In this document: one piece after another, positions 39,530 through 52,862 of the stretch | How the letters are laid out: the number at the start of each line of letters is the position of its first letter | Position numbering within the stretch: position 1 is the first letter of the stretch | Assembly (NCBI RefSeq): GCF_006345805.1 | Contig: NC_043021.1 | Location: 26,908,001 to 26,972,000 of the forward strand | Origin: Octopus sinensis | Lineage: Eukaryota | Direction of reading: 5' to 3' | Length of the DNA stretch: 64,000 nt | The notes under the pieces: model-generated | Database searches by the model: none | Seen by the model: the letters and a program-made list of their open reading frames with translations, nothing else | Told to the model about the DNA's origin: nothing | Program-made: the position numbers and the translations under genes

Positions 39530-42403
39530 CCTTTCTACTATAGGCACAAGGCCTGAAATTTTAGGGGAGGAGGCCAGTCAATTACATCGACCCCAGTGCC
39601 TAACTGACCCTAAAAGGATGAAAGGCAAAGTCGACCTCAGCGGAGTTTGAATAATAATAATAATAATAATAATAATGATGATAATAAAACAATGAAGAAT
39701 GATTTCAAATTTTGGCACAAGGCCAGCAATTTCAGAGGAGGGATAAGTTGAATACATTGACCCCAGTGCTCAACTGGTACTTGCTTTATCAACCATGAAA
39801 GGATGAAAGGCAAAGTCAACCTCAGTGGAATTTGAACTCAGAATGTACAGATAGATGAAATGCCACTAAGCATTTTGTCTGGCATGTTACACATTTCTAC
39901 CAGCTTGCTGTCACAATAATAATAATAATAATGATAATAATAATAATCATCCTTCGACCAACCATACGTTGGTCAGAACTGCATTGACAATCTCTTTCCT
40001 CACTACATGGTCCTGCATTGCTGTGTTCAGTTCTCTGATATCAGTTCCCTGAGTCCCGAGATATAGTATCTGGAAACGTCAGTTACCTGGAGGAAGCATT
40101 TCCAGAAGGATGCCATAGGAGTAGGGATGAGATAACCTCTTTCTCTGCTTGATGACAGTGGCCAGCAAATTGAATCTCTTTCTGCTTTAGCTTGAGGGAT
40201 TAGATTTCTATAGACGTTGCCAGTACCACCTGACTGGCCCTCATGCCAGTGGCATGTAAAAGCACCCACTACACTCTTGGAGTGGTTGGCATTAAGAAGG
40301 GTATCCAGCTGTAGAAACTCTGCCAGATCAGATTGGAGCCTGATACAACCATCTGGTTCGCCAGTCCTCAGTCAAATCGTCCAACCCATGCCAGCATGGA
40401 AAGCGGACGTTAAACGATGATGATGATGTTATTAAGTGTTGAGTGTGTTCTTCAACTTATGTTCTGTAATAACCCTTTGTACGACAAGCACAAGACCAGG
40501 AATTTATGGAAGAGATAGTTGACTGAGATAACACTAGTGTGCTCAAATGGTGCTCATTTAATCAACACCCAAAGGATGAGAGGCAAAAATCAGCCAAGAG
40601 TGAATTTGAAGTCAGAATGTAAAGAGTCACGAGAAATACCACAAAGTATTTTGTCCCACTTGCTAATAATATTCCGTCAGATCACTATCTTAATAATGGT
40701 AATTCTTTCTAATTTTGGTGCATGGGAAGTAGTCAATTATATTGGCCCCTGTGCTCAACTGGTATCTTTTATATTGACCCCCAAAAGGAAAGCAAAGTTG
40801 ATCATGGTGAAATATGAATTCAGAACATAAAGAATTAGCAGAAATGTTGCTAATACTTTTGCTAATAATTCTGACAGCTCAATACCTGAATAATCCTTTC
40901 TACGATAGGCACAAGGCCTGAAATTTGGTGGGAGGGAGTAATTTGATTATATTGACCCCGGTGTGAAACTAGTGCTTATTTTATTGATCCTGAAAGGATG
41001 AAAGGCAAAGTTGACCTCAGTGGAATTTGAACTCGGAATATCAAGGTGGGTGAAATTCTGCTAAGCATTTTGCCTAGCGTGCTAATGATTCCACCAATTC
41101 ACCAATAATTCTTTCTAATTTTTAGCATAAGGTAAGCAGTTTTGAAGAGATTGGTAAGTCAATTGAATCAACCCCTGTGCTCTGCTGGCACCCTATATTA
41201 TTGATCCCCAAAAGAATGAAGGGGATCTCAGTGGGATTTGAGTTCAGAATGTAAAGATCCAGAAGAAAAGCCACTAGACATTTTGTTCAAGTTTCTAATG
41301 GTTGTGCCTGCTCACCACCTTAATAATAATTATAGTCCTTTCAACTAAAGGCACAAAAATTGAAATTGTGGGGGAGGGGACTAGTCGATTACATCAACCC
41401 CAGTACACAACTGGTACTTAATCTATTGACTCCAAAAAGATGAAAGGCAGAATTTGAACTCAGAATGTAGCAACAGGCAAAATACCACTAAGTCTGTCAT
41501 TCTAATGATTTTACCAGCTAACCAATAATGATAATAATAATCCTTTCTACTGAAGGGACAAAGCCTGAAATTTGGTGGGAGGGGACTAGTTGATTACATC
41601 AACCCCAGTACACAACTGGTACTTAATTTATTGACACTGAAAGGATGGAAAGCAAAGTTGACCTCAGCAGCATTTGAACTCAGAATGTAGTGATGTGCAA
41701 AATACTTAGCAGCATTTTGCCTGGTGTGCCAGCTCACTGCTTTAATAATAATAATAATCCTTTATATTATAAGCCCAAGGCCTGAAATTTGGGGGAGGGT
41801 CCTGGCTGATTGCATCGACCCCAGTGCTCATTGACCAGAAGGATGAATAGCAAAGATGATGTTGGCAGAATTTGAACTCAGAACATAAAACTGGAAGAAA
41901 TGCTGCCAAGAATTTTGTCCAGTATGCTGACGATTCTGCCAGCTGTCTACCTTAGGAATAATGATAATAATGGTTTCAAATTTTGGCACAGAGCCAGCAG
42001 TTTTTGAGGGGAGGGGACTAATTGATTACATCAACCCCAGAACTTCACTGGTATTTATGTTATCAACTCCAAAAGCTGAATGGCAAAGCCAAACTTGGTG
42101 AAATTTGAACTCAGAATGTAAAGATGGTCAAAATGCCACCAAGCATTTTGTCCTGCATGTCAACAGTTGTGCCAGCTTGCTACCTCAACAACAACAACAA
42201 CAAGGCCAGAAATTTGTGGGCAGTGGGGTAAGCTGATTACATCAACTCCAGTGCACAACTGGTACTTGTTTTATCGAGCCCTGCCCCCGAAAGGATGAAA
42301 GGCAAAATCAACCCCAGTGGCATTTGAACTCACAACGTCAAGATGGACGAAATACTATTATGCATTTTACCTGGCATGCTAACGATTCTGTCAGCTCACC
42401 CCT

Positions 42404-42434
<31 letters not shown>

Positions 42435-42650
42435 TCTTTCTACTAAAGGCACAAGGACTGAAATTTGCGGGAAGAGCACTAATCGATTACATCTACCCCA
42501 GTGTTTCACTGGTACTTAAATTTATCGACTCCAAAAGGATGAAAAGGCAAAGTCGACCTCTGCAGAATTTGAACTCAGAACGTAAAGATGAATGAAATGC
42601 CGCTTTATATTTTGCCCGGTGTGCTAACGATTTTGCCAGCTCACTGCCTC
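39530..42650 (-). repeat. head-to-tail chain of ~12 SINE family B copies separated by (TAA)n/(TAG)n/(CAA)n
   Basis: Recurrent AAAGGATGAAAGGCAAAGTCGACCTC..GAATTTGAACTCAGAA core every ~200 bp, all in the same orientation. Confidence 0.9.
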
Positions 42651-42953
42651 AGCTGCAGCAGTAGTGGTGGTGGTGGTTTCAGTAATAACAAGATGAGTAG
42701 TCAATAAAGTAAATAAGCCCCACCCCGTCTCCCACAGACCCCAACAGATTTGAATGAAGACGACCAAAACTGACAACAGCAAGCAAAACCTATTAAAGCA
42801 GTTACATATATTTGTAGAGAGCCAGAGAAAGGGGGGGGGGAGAGGGATAAGATGAGATGAGAAAATAAAGATAAAAATGTATACTTTGTGTTATTTCATA
42901 AGGTGTTGCCATTCAATGCTTGTATTGCGGGTGGTGAAGGAAAAGAATATTAC

Positions 42954-43170
42954 CGGTTTTCGAAATTTGAAAGAAATATCGTTAGAAATGGGTCGACAAA
43001 ATGACGAAAGGAGGAGAGAGGAGTAACTGAACCCCTCGCCTTTAAATATATAGAGATAAAGAAAGCAATTTTCTTAAATAGATACTTTAATAGGATGTGC
43101 GAACGATCTGCCTTTAAATGTGACCAAAATCTATTTAAAGACGAACGTTTTTCTGTCTTTAAATAGGTAC
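42954..43170 (-). other. candidate 5'-UTR exon
   Basis: Acceptor TCTTTCTCTCTCCCAG| and donor CCG|GTAATA in unique sequence. Confidence 0.3.
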
Positions 43171-44604
43171 CTGGGAGAGAGAAAGATTTCCAGGTAGTCT
43201 GTCTGTCTGTCTCTTTCTTTTTTTTTCTTCTGTCTGTCTGAAAGGCGTGCGAAAATACGGACAACGTGGTCCACCCTCTACGGGTATGCAAAGAAACGAC
43301 ACAATAGAAACATGTGACCAAAAATATACAAAAAAAAAAAAAAGCAAAGAGAAATAGAAGCTTCTTGTAAGAATAAGAAACATCATTTTCTTTATTAAAC
43401 GAATCTTTTGCGTGTGTATTTACAATATTTACATCTAAGCTATGTTTGGTCAGGATAATTCGTTGATCGTCATCAGCTGTCATTATTCCCAGAAATATAC
43501 AGAGTCCCAGACTGGATTCAAATTTGAACGAGATCATTAGAAGCTGGGGGTTTTTTTTGTTGTTTTTTTTGTAGTAAATGAAGTGTAGTAGGATACAAGA
43601 TGACGACTGAAGATCAAATGGATCGATTTTCTATTATCGCCAGGTTGCCTTACTCCTTGATGTATATAGAGTCCCAGACTGGATCCCAGTTCGAAATTAT
43701 TTCATCTATAAATGAATACTACTAGAAAACATGATGACAATCGAACATCAAACGGACTGAAAGATGATGATACGTTTGAAAAATGGAGTAAATAATAACA
43801 ATGCATAAATTATAGTCTTGTTGTCAATAACACACCTGAAATATTTAGAAGCATACAGTAACGTACGCTTTCTCTGTTGTGGTAACCTTTAAGGTAGCGA
43901 TTCCCCAAACTAGGGTTCGCGAACCAGAACCGTCTTAATGCATAAAACACGCGAACAATTACCCGGAAAGATCCCACGAATCTAGGGAACCAATGCTATG
44001 ATGTGGCTATCCGTCAATTAATGAATACATTATTTTGCGCGGAGATTTCCTCTAAAGCAGTTTAGTTAACCCTAATGCGGACCCTAGGGACTCTACAAAG
44101 TTCTTGGCTTTCAGAAGCTGAAGTCAAAAGACCGACCTGTCAAAAGCTTTGGATCCGTGCAAAATTTCATATAAACGGGTCCTTGTTCGTGAAAAAGTTG
44201 GGAACAAGATTTCAGACCCCAATCTCTGAGGGCGCGAGCCAGGAAGCATGACCGATCCAACGAGATAACCTTTACATAGTCACTCGACCAGCTAGAATTA
44301 GTAACTAAATCACCTTCAAATCACACGTTACTAACTGTCTTTAAAAATAGGCAAGATCCATTAGACAATGGATGACAAAGACATTTAAAAGACGGTCATA
44401 ACTAGAATACCTATGTACATGGGTCTCTCCGGCTAATGTTCATCAGTAGCTAAAGAACGGCAAGAACAAAAGAAAAGAAAAACAACGAGTTAAAGAGAGG
44501 TAGGCAGGATTTGTGCGCCATCGCGTAACCTGTTAGAAATAATAGCCAAATCCCTCTCAACTCATATCCAACTATCTTGAAAAAGAACACATTGGATATT
44601 ATAG

Positions 44605-44672
<68 letters not shown>

Positions 44673-46112
44673 GTTTTTAGGCACGGGCACAAGGGACAGC
44701 TGCTAGGGGTTTCACAGTAGAGGGGCCTGATTCTGATATATGTACACTGTAGCCGGGTGTCAGTAAATAAATACTAGAGGGCTCAGTGCATTGGTTTGCC
44801 CAGGGGCCTATAATACTGCTAGGACGGCCCAATACTCAACAACACTATATATAAACACACACATATAGATGCACACTATGTATGATAGTTACATAGGGTG
44901 ATCACGGATGGAACGACTTTTGTACCATAGTTCAGTTTAATTAGTTCCAACCTGGAGCTAATCAACCAAAACAACAACAAACGCAATGAAATTTAATTAT
45001 ACATCCGAATGATTATGAAATAAAACACACACACAAACAAAAGTATCATTATTTAACATAACGAGTCCCACAAACGCCTGTTCTTCGATGCAATGACATC
45101 AACTTATTGCTGGGTGTACATTGTTAGTAACCCGAATGGATTGCTAAAAGTTCATTTGTGACGGGTCTGGGAATTCGATTAAAACTTCAGCTGCTTCAAA
45201 TACCAACCACAGAAATGTTAAGTGGAGGGTGCTGCTGCTGCTACATGATACGAATGTGTCATTAAATTTGGTGCTCGAGCGATCTGTTTGAAATATCGGT
45301 TTCAAATTTCGGCACAAGGCCAGCAATTTCGATTATATCGAACCCCAGTAATCAATTGGCACTTATTTTATCGACCCAGAAAGGATGAAAGACAAAGTTA
45401 ATCTCGGCAGAATTTGAACTCAGAACGTAAAGACGGACAAAATGCCGCTAAGTATTTTGACCGGCGTGCTAACAATTCTATCGACTCACCGTCTTATCTG
45501 TTAGAGTTATCAACGAAAAATCTTCAAATCACAGCCGACTCCCTACAAATTAAAAATAAAGTGTATTTAGTCTTGGATTCCCTATACTTTTTGACTATCA
45601 TCGTCATCAACCACTCGACATTACTATCGCGAGTCCTAGGGCTTCCAGAGTCGCTTACCCGGGTTCCCTGGCAAATGAGTGGCCGAGATTACAACATTCA
45701 CTCTGGACGGGACGTCGTAAGGTTACTCACTTTACGGCTGAGTAAACAGGAGCAGTTTACTGCGAAATGAAATATTTTATTCAAGAACATTGCGTAAACC
45801 ACGACCTTTCAGTTATGAGTGCAATACCTTCACCATTAGGCCACGTGCCTTCACTACTTCTTAAATTATATGAATGTCATGGCTGGGAAGTCTTTTATCG
45901 CAAGTCTGTTGGATTGGCGGACTGGCAGAATCGTTAGAGAGCGGGACATTCGTCAAGTAGGGTGTAGTCATGGTTGTCTACGGTCCTGATTTCAAATCCC
46001 GCCTTTCAGTAATCGATAAAACAAAAATATCAGTGAAGAATTGAGATCGATTTAAGTATTCCAAGAAAACTTTCTAGAATTATCATTATAAGACTATTTC
46101 GTCCGTTAATTA

Positions 46113-46362
46113 CCAGTGGTTGTCAAACCATTTTTAACTTATGGACCTTTTTAATCCCTATTTTTATTCAGATGAGCCATTTAAAGCTTTAAAAATCCCA
46201 TTATATCTTTTTGATTAAATATTATTAGAAATGATATAAACAAAGAACTGTGGAAATATTTTGTGTATAATACACGTATAACTAATTTACTGCAGATAAC
46301 TTTTAAAACTAAACTTTATATGGACCCCCACGTTTCCTATGGGACTCAGTTGAGAACAACAC
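46113..46362. mobile_element. degenerate hAT/Charlie-like MITE (similar remnants at ~43895-44205 and 44668-44830)
   Basis: CAGTGGTTGTCAAAC ... GTTGAGAACAAC termini and GGACCCC motifs. Confidence 0.5.
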
Positions 46363-47807
46363 TCTTAATGTGTTCTGAGTGAAAAATTCCGAAAGGATCA
46401 ACTTTGCCTTTTATCATTTCTGACTCGATAAAATAAGTAATAGTTGAGCACTAGGGTCAATGTAAATGACTTAACCCCTCCCCCGAAATTGCTGGCCTTG
46501 CGCCAGAATTTAAAACCAATATAAGACAGGATTGGCGGGAGTAGAGGGTGGAAGAGCAGGATGGGAGGGGAGAAGCGGTATACAACAGTTTTAAGGTTTG
46601 CAAACAGAAAATATTAAATTAGAATAATTGTTTTATTTTATTCTTGAAAAATCAATTATTTAATTAAGCAATTATTCGCATGTAGATTTTAAATCTCAGC
46701 ACTTCTGGAAGATGCAGTGTGAAAAACTTCCAAGATGAGTCGATATGGTACTAGCAACCACATGACTAAAAATAAATAACAATCAAATCTGTTTAGAAGC
46801 GTCTGAGGAAATCTCTGGCGGTTTGTTGTTCTTTCGCCACAGGTCAATTGTAACGAAGAAGAGCTATGATTAAAGGCATTCTGAACATGACCATTCCAAC
46901 TTTTTAATAGATTTAAGGACAATGAGGGAGAGTCCAAAGTGAGCGCTCGACTTGTTTGAAATAACAGTCAGATTTCCGCCGTATCACATTTACCGTCTTA
47001 TAAATGGAAGGCCACGTTGAAGACGGGGGTGGGGATGCTATATATTTAAGGAAAAAATGGAATAGGCACGGCTGGATTATCTATGATCATCATAGGTTTG
47101 TTTGATTAGGACTGACCAAGGGTTAAACGTCACCAATGTCCTGTGAGTGTATCCGTCTTCATTTTGTGCTTCTTTTGTATATTGCAGGCTGTTGATTTGA
47201 GGGAGATTTAGCTACTATTGCTAATAGGTCGAGATCATGAAGATGTTTCTGTATTGTAAGTTCGTGACAATCGGTTCGGAATTGGGCAAAAAGAAAGAAC
47301 AGAGTCGAAAGAAAGAAGGAAATAAATAAAGAGGAAATTTAAAAGGCGGTGGAGATCGTGAAAAGTGAAGAGTGTTTTAAAAATGAGCGATGGACCGTGA
47401 AGACACGTTGTTCTTATTCCTGTGTAAACAACGGACTGCAATGCTAAGAAACACTTTATGTGACAGATGTTTAAAACGATAAAGTACCTTACCCCTCAGT
47501 CTCTAAGCTTGCGTTGTGTGCGTGTTTGTATGAATGTGTGAACATTTACAGATATGTATATACGCATACAGACAGACGCACACATTGTTTGTATATATAT
47601 ATATTATATATATATATATATAGATAGGTGTTATTATTATAAGTGCAACATCAGTTAAGAGTGCTAAACACACCGTCGACCCACAGGAATGAGGCGAAGA
47701 TTGCCTCACACGCAGACAGGCGCGCACAGACTCACAGAGTGAGGACTGCACACATTAAATAGAGCAAGTACCCTTATATGGGGCAACTACTCTCTTTTGA
47801 ATATGAT

Positions 47808-47841
<34 letters not shown>

Positions 47842-48220
47842 GAGAAAAGCACTCGTGCAGTATACAATATGTTTTGTGTGTATATGTTCGAATATTTGTA
47901 TATATAAATGTACGCGATAGGATAAGGTTAAGGCATATAGAACTGGAACGGGTATTTAAAAAGAAAAAAGGAAAAGGAAACAATCCACTTGCAAAATAAT
48001 CATATAAATATGTATGTATACACAGGTATACGTGTGCACATGTGTATTGGTAGAGAAACATATGTGAGCGGAAGAAAGAGAGAGAAATAGCATGGGAAAG
48101 TAACCGAAAACAATTCACATGATTAAATGAAAATATTCGTAATCGAGAAAAATAAAGCAGATTGGAGAGGCCAGATGGATAGAGAGATAGATAAATAGAA
48201 AGATAGATGGGGACCACGTA

Positions 48221-48883
48221 CCTGGGGGAGTATTTTGATGCTATTCCTCGTGCAATATTACTTCCATGGCAGCAGGAAGCAGTTTTCGGTAAAGTTGCAG
48301 CCAGCCAGCTTACTACTGCAGGGAATTCCACAGATATAGAACTAGATTTGTCGCCGCATGAGTGTATAATTAATGTCTTTCTGCTTTTCCCTATAATGTG
48401 TTTATAAAATTTGTGTTGTGTGTATATATAATAAGTTTCAGTGTTCGTATTTGCCCGAGACGTGCTGTGTCTGCTTATGCGCTTTAACATACAGACAGAC
48501 ACGTTTTCAGTCTCTCACCCTCTCTCTCTCTCTTCCTTGTTTATCTTCTCACTCTATCTCTCTCATGTTCCCTCCCTCTTCTCCGCTTTTCTTAATTGCG
48601 CTCACACATACACATACTCCCCTCTCTCTCTCTCTTTCTTTCTCACTCTCTTATTACTTTATCCTCTTTCTTTTCTGTGCTTTATACTTTATCTCATGTT
48701 CCCGGTTTCTTTTTCCCTCTCTCTCTCTTAATTGTTTACTCTGTATAATTGCCCGACTACTTCTCTCCCAAACTTGTTCGCTCTTAATTCTCTACTTTCA
48801 CTCCTTTTGCTGTTTTTACTTTCGCCCGCTCTGTTTCAATTTTTTTTTTAGATTTTGAATCTACCTAACTGTTTGTTTCACTT

Positions 48884-48920
<37 letters not shown>
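48221..48920 (-). other. candidate first exon of an unidentified minus-strand host gene (5' boundary approximate)
   Basis: Strong donor CCCCAG|GTACGT at 48221/48220 inside the CpG-rich zone, downstream of a GA-rich tract. Confidence 0.35.
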
Positions 48921-49059
48921 TTCGCAGCAAGTTCCCGGCACCAACTGTTGACGTTAGTCACCCTCTCAAATATGGATGCCCTAAAGTGGTTGAAACAGTC
49001 ACCACCCCTTAAAATATTACCGTTATTTCAAACCAATGAGGGAACCTCTACATAATCGT

Positions 49060-50470
49060 TCTGCTCGCTAGAAATAGCAGCCAAATCACTTTGAAATCAC
49101 TTACTCCAGACTTAAAAACAATGAAAGATTATTGAATAATATATAGGTCTAAGTCCTGGAATCACTGTCAGAAAGAAAATAAATGGGACGGTCACATCTG
49201 GAAATATTTTAAACTCTATATCTGCTTAATAAGGGCTCGCCTGGCACCAAATGATTTCAAATTTTGGCACAAGGCCAACAATTTTAAGGGGGTGGGTTTA
49301 GTCGATTACCTCGACCTCAGTGTTCGACTGGTACTTATTTTATCGACCCAGAAAAAATGAAAAGCAAAATCAACCACGGCGGAGACACGAATATGATCGC
49401 TATTTCGCGTTCTCTTTATACAGAGGATTTACACATTTTCCGTCTTTTGTCCACGAATTAAAAGACTTTTGTATGTGCGTTTTTTGTTTATGGTACCGTA
49501 GATTATGTTGCTCTATCTTCTCTCTCCTTGCTTAGACATATGTGTTTGCGAGCGAGGCAAAGGAGCCTCTACATAGCTTAATCAACTAAAAATAGTAACC
49601 AAATTCTCTCAAATCACACCTTACAGTCTTAAGAGGGAGAAAGAGTGATATAGAGAGGGAGGGAAGGAGAGACAGCAGATAATAGAGTCGTGGATGAATG
49701 TACTTTGCCTTAAAAATAAATTTTAAAAAGGTGGGATGGTCACAATTTCTATATATTTGTTTGTTCAATCCTCATTCAGGTTTGACCTGTGGTTAAACAA
49801 CAACACGTGTGTGAATGTGTATGTCGGGGTGTATATGAAAAGCAGAGAAGGACTGATAATATAAACAAGTATACGAATAGAGTCAATGATGAAGCGTCTT
49901 CGTAGTCGCTCGAAATGCTAAAAATAGCAGACAAGTCTCACTCAAACAAAACCCCAGTCTTAGAAAATACGGAGCCAATTTATAATGTGGTCTTGGATGT
50001 ACAGTGCCTATGAGAAAGACGTGATTGTCATTATTGGAATGGCGTTGATCGTAGGTCTGCTCGTTCAATTACTGTCCGGGGCTAAGCATCGTAGTTTACT
50101 CATGCATACGTCAAATATATACACACGGATATGCATGCATGTGTGAGTGTGTGTATACATGTGCATACTCGTTGCAAGTGACGGAAGCAAGATCAATGAC
50201 TGCTACAGTTGCTGCTGTTGTGCAGTTGCTGCACTTGCTGCTACTATCGATGTGACGGAAGCGAAACAACCATCTTCACTGCAACATCTGGTGACAACAA
50301 CAAGCAGCTTGTATGTGGATGCGCCCAACCTGCTAGAAATAGCAGCCAAATATAGGTCCCTACCAATGTTGCGCAAACGAAACACGTGCCCCATTGCAAT
50401 ATTGAGTCTCAATAAAGAGCCTATATATGATCGCTCAACCTACTAGAAATAGCAGTTAAATATCCCACAA
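49060..50470 (+). repeat. cluster of an old dispersed repeat (family F, core GCTAGAAATAGCAGCCAAAT.CCTCAAATCAC)
   Basis: Core recurs at ~49067, 49585, 49917, 50332 and 50443, and also at 36358, 44290, 44533, and on the minus strand at 9500, 9772 and 47195. Confidence 0.65.
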
Positions 50471-51435
50471 ATTATACCTAACGATGTTATACGAAAGCGA
50501 AAATATGAGATCAATTGCAAAATCTGTTGACAATGAGGAGCCTGTTTGTGGATACCCAGCAGTCAAATGTCCCACGTAGCCCTTTCCAATATCTGGTGAT
50601 AAAAGGAAGCTTTTAAGTAGTTGCTCGTATTGCGAGAAATTGCAGGGAAATATCGCTCAAACCATGTCCTACAAGTGTTACAGAAAGGAAGCGTTTACCC
50701 CATTGTGACATCTTGTGACATCTGGAAGCATCTAGATGGACGCTCGATACGCTAAAAATAACGGCTACATGTACCTCAAAATCACACTATTTTACCTTAT
50801 TAATGGATTAAAAAGTGTTAACCATTGGATAATGCATTCATGTGTGTGTGTGTGTGTGTGTGTGTGCGTTATCTTTTACTTGTCTCAGTCACTAGACTGT
50901 GACCACGCTGGCGTACTGTCACGAAGGACTTTTTTATTCAAATGAAGCGACCCCAGTATTTCTTACTTTTTTTTTTTAAGTTGATACTTATTCTATCGGG
51001 TGCTTTTGCTGAACTGCTAAGTTACGGGGGACACACACTGGTTGTCAAGCGATGGTAAGGGACAGAGACACAAAGACACATCATCATTATCATCATCATC
51101 ATTTAACGTCTGTTTTCCATGCTGGCATGAGTTAGATGGTTTGACCGGAGCTGGTGAGCTGGAGAGCTGCACTAGGCTTCAGTCGTCTGTTTTGGTTCGG
51201 TTTCTACAGCCCTTCCTAATGCCAACAACATTACAGAGTGTGTCCTGCGTGTTTTTAAATGTGTCACCGGCATGGATACCTTTAACATGTTACTGGCATA
51301 ATGATAGGTCTCTTTCAGTTTCTATCTGCTAAATCCATTCACAAGGCTTTGGTCAGCTCAAGTTGAAGACACTTGCCCAAGATGCCACACAGTGAGATAG
51401 AACCCAGAACCATGTAGTTTGGAAGCAAGCTTCTT

Positions 51436-52862
51436 TATTTCATTAAATTTGCCATAAAGGCAATACACAGAGGGGACACTACAACACATGTGGGGACATA
51501 TAACAATTAAAAATAAAATATGATATAATGAATGAACATGAAAATGCACATGAAGAAAAAATTCAAATATGATAATATGAAGAGTGTGCCCCACACTGAG
51601 TAACACAACTCGCTGTCTCTGGGTCCTGAGTCCTTTTTCTCTTTTCGTCCAATCCTTTTCCCTTTTTCACTGACACTTAATGATACCATTCTCTCTGCCA
51701 TGCATTCATAACCTTTTTCACCGGGAGTGGGGTCTTCTAAATTTTGTGGTGTTTGTTCTTCCTTTTTCTTTTTTTCTTGAGAGGAAACGGGGTGGGTGGG
51801 TTTGGTGTATGTATGGGGAGGGTGGGTCTGAGGAGTCTTGGGTGGGATGGGGTTGGACTGGGGTGCCACATCATACTCAGTGTCTTTTCTTTTTTTCCTC
51901 TTTCTCCTATTGCGCTCTGCAATTTTCCATTCTTCCTCCTTTTTATCGTTTCCTCCGTCTATTTTGTCTTCCTCTCTTTTCTCTTCTGTCTCCGCAACTA
52001 TATCCTCAGCCGTAGTCCTTCGTAGAAGGCAGTGTGCTCTAATGTGGCCCCTCTGGCCACACTTGAAACAACGTGGCACTCCGCCCTCCACCCACACCCT
52101 CAGCATGACCTCCCCCAGCGTCACAGTCTCCGCCAAATCCTCAAGCTGTCCCTCCTCCATCTGAACAACCAACTCGAGCGTTCCTCCCCTCCACCCTCCC
52201 TCCTCGGCCTCCATGGCCTGGAGGACAGCCACCCTCTCCTTGCTTCCAACAAGGACAGCCGCCGCCACCCAAGCCACATCTACATCAGGCGGAACTCCTT
52301 CCACCCCCATCCTGGAGGTCCCTCCTCCAAGATACGTAGGTAGAAGGACCATTTCCTTCGTCTTCACCGCCCCGCTCGCCAGCCTCCCCGTGTCCGCCTC
52401 TGTTCCAAACTGGACCACCACCATCCCACATTGGCATTCTCCTGTCATGCACATTACTCCTTTGGACTCCTCCTTCACCGCCCTTTCTACCTTCTCCATT
52501 TCTATTTGGTCGACCCTCCCACTCCTCATCGAGCAAACCCTGCACATGACCGCTCTTCCTCTCATGCCATCCACTACTCTTTGTGGGGGTGACAATGTCA
52601 CGCTGCTGCCCACCTTCTGCACCACTCTTCCATGCTCCCTCATTCCTGATAAATCCACCTCCCCTCTCTTCACCTCCACAGCCCCTGCGAAACTCCTCAC
52701 TTTCCTCAAACACTCATCCATGCCTTCCACTGTTCTCAGCAGCTCCTCCTCTGAAGAAGACAGCTCAGACCCGCCAAGGTCCGAGTACACTGTCCCACCG
52801 CAGCAACAAAACCGACGTCCGACTCGCACACAAACGACAAACCAAATGCACTATGGGCAACC
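51436..52862 (-). mobile_element. ORF1-only non-autonomous non-LTR retroelement (HAL1-like, L1/Tx1-type ORF1) inserted in a SINE head
   Basis: Perfect 15-bp TSD GGAAGCAAGCTTCTT at 51421-51435 and 52863-52877. Host SINE-A continues on both sides. The 3' end reads ...AATGAAATAAA into the TSD. One long ORF, no RT or endonuclease. Confidence 0.85.
51507..52829 (-). CDS. gag-like ORF1 protein with CCHC zinc knuckle (first ATG at 52721; the hydrophobic C-terminus may be read-through into the 3' UTR)
   Basis: Uninterrupted 440-codon frame with CFKCGQRGHIRAHC (CX2CX4HX4C), preceded by VEGVPP...V...LRVWVEG typical of L1/Tx1 ORF1, and followed by a W-K...RRKRKKRK basic stretch. Confidence 0.8.
   Translation of the reverse strand: MRVGRRFCCCGGTVYSDLGGSELSSSEEELLRTVEGMDECLRKVRSFAGAVEVKRGEVDLSGMREHGRVVQKVGSSVTLSPPQRVVDGMRGRAVMCRVCSMRSGRVDQIEMEKVERAVKEESKGVMCMTGECQCGMVVVQFGTEADTGRLASGAVKTKEMVLLPTYLGGGTSRMGVEGVPPDVDVAWVAAAVLVGSKERVAVLQAMEAEEGGWRGGTLELVVQMEEGQLEDLAETVTLGEVMLRVWVEGGVPRCFKCGQRGHIRAHCLLRRTTAEDIVAETEEKREEDKIDGGNDKKEEEWKIAERNRRKRKKRKDTEYDVAPQSNPIPPKTPQTHPPHTYTKPTHPVSSQEKKKKEEQTPQNLEDPTPGEKGYECMAERMVSLSVSEKGKRIGRKEKKDSGPRDSELCYSVWGTLFILSYLNFFFMCIFMFIHYIIFYF

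Larger units (their letters stand above)
42700..50950. promoter_or_regulatory. CpG-retaining, microsatellite-poorer zone; candidate unmethylated promoter/5' regulatory region
   Basis: CG dinucleotides are visibly frequent in unique sequence and in old repeats here, whereas flanking repeat copies show CG>TG/CA decay. Not computed. Confidence 0.5.

Noticed and set aside
39530-42650. SINE-B as a Dong-mobilised partner
   Set aside because: The SINE-B sense tail is (ATT)n whereas the Dong fragment ends in (AAT)n, and I see no convincing shared 3' sequence.
47774-48502. 242-aa minus-strand ORF as a single-exon gene
   Set aside because: Runs through low-complexity tracts past a strong donor site, with no recognisable domain. 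The 42950-43537 ORF was rejected likewise.
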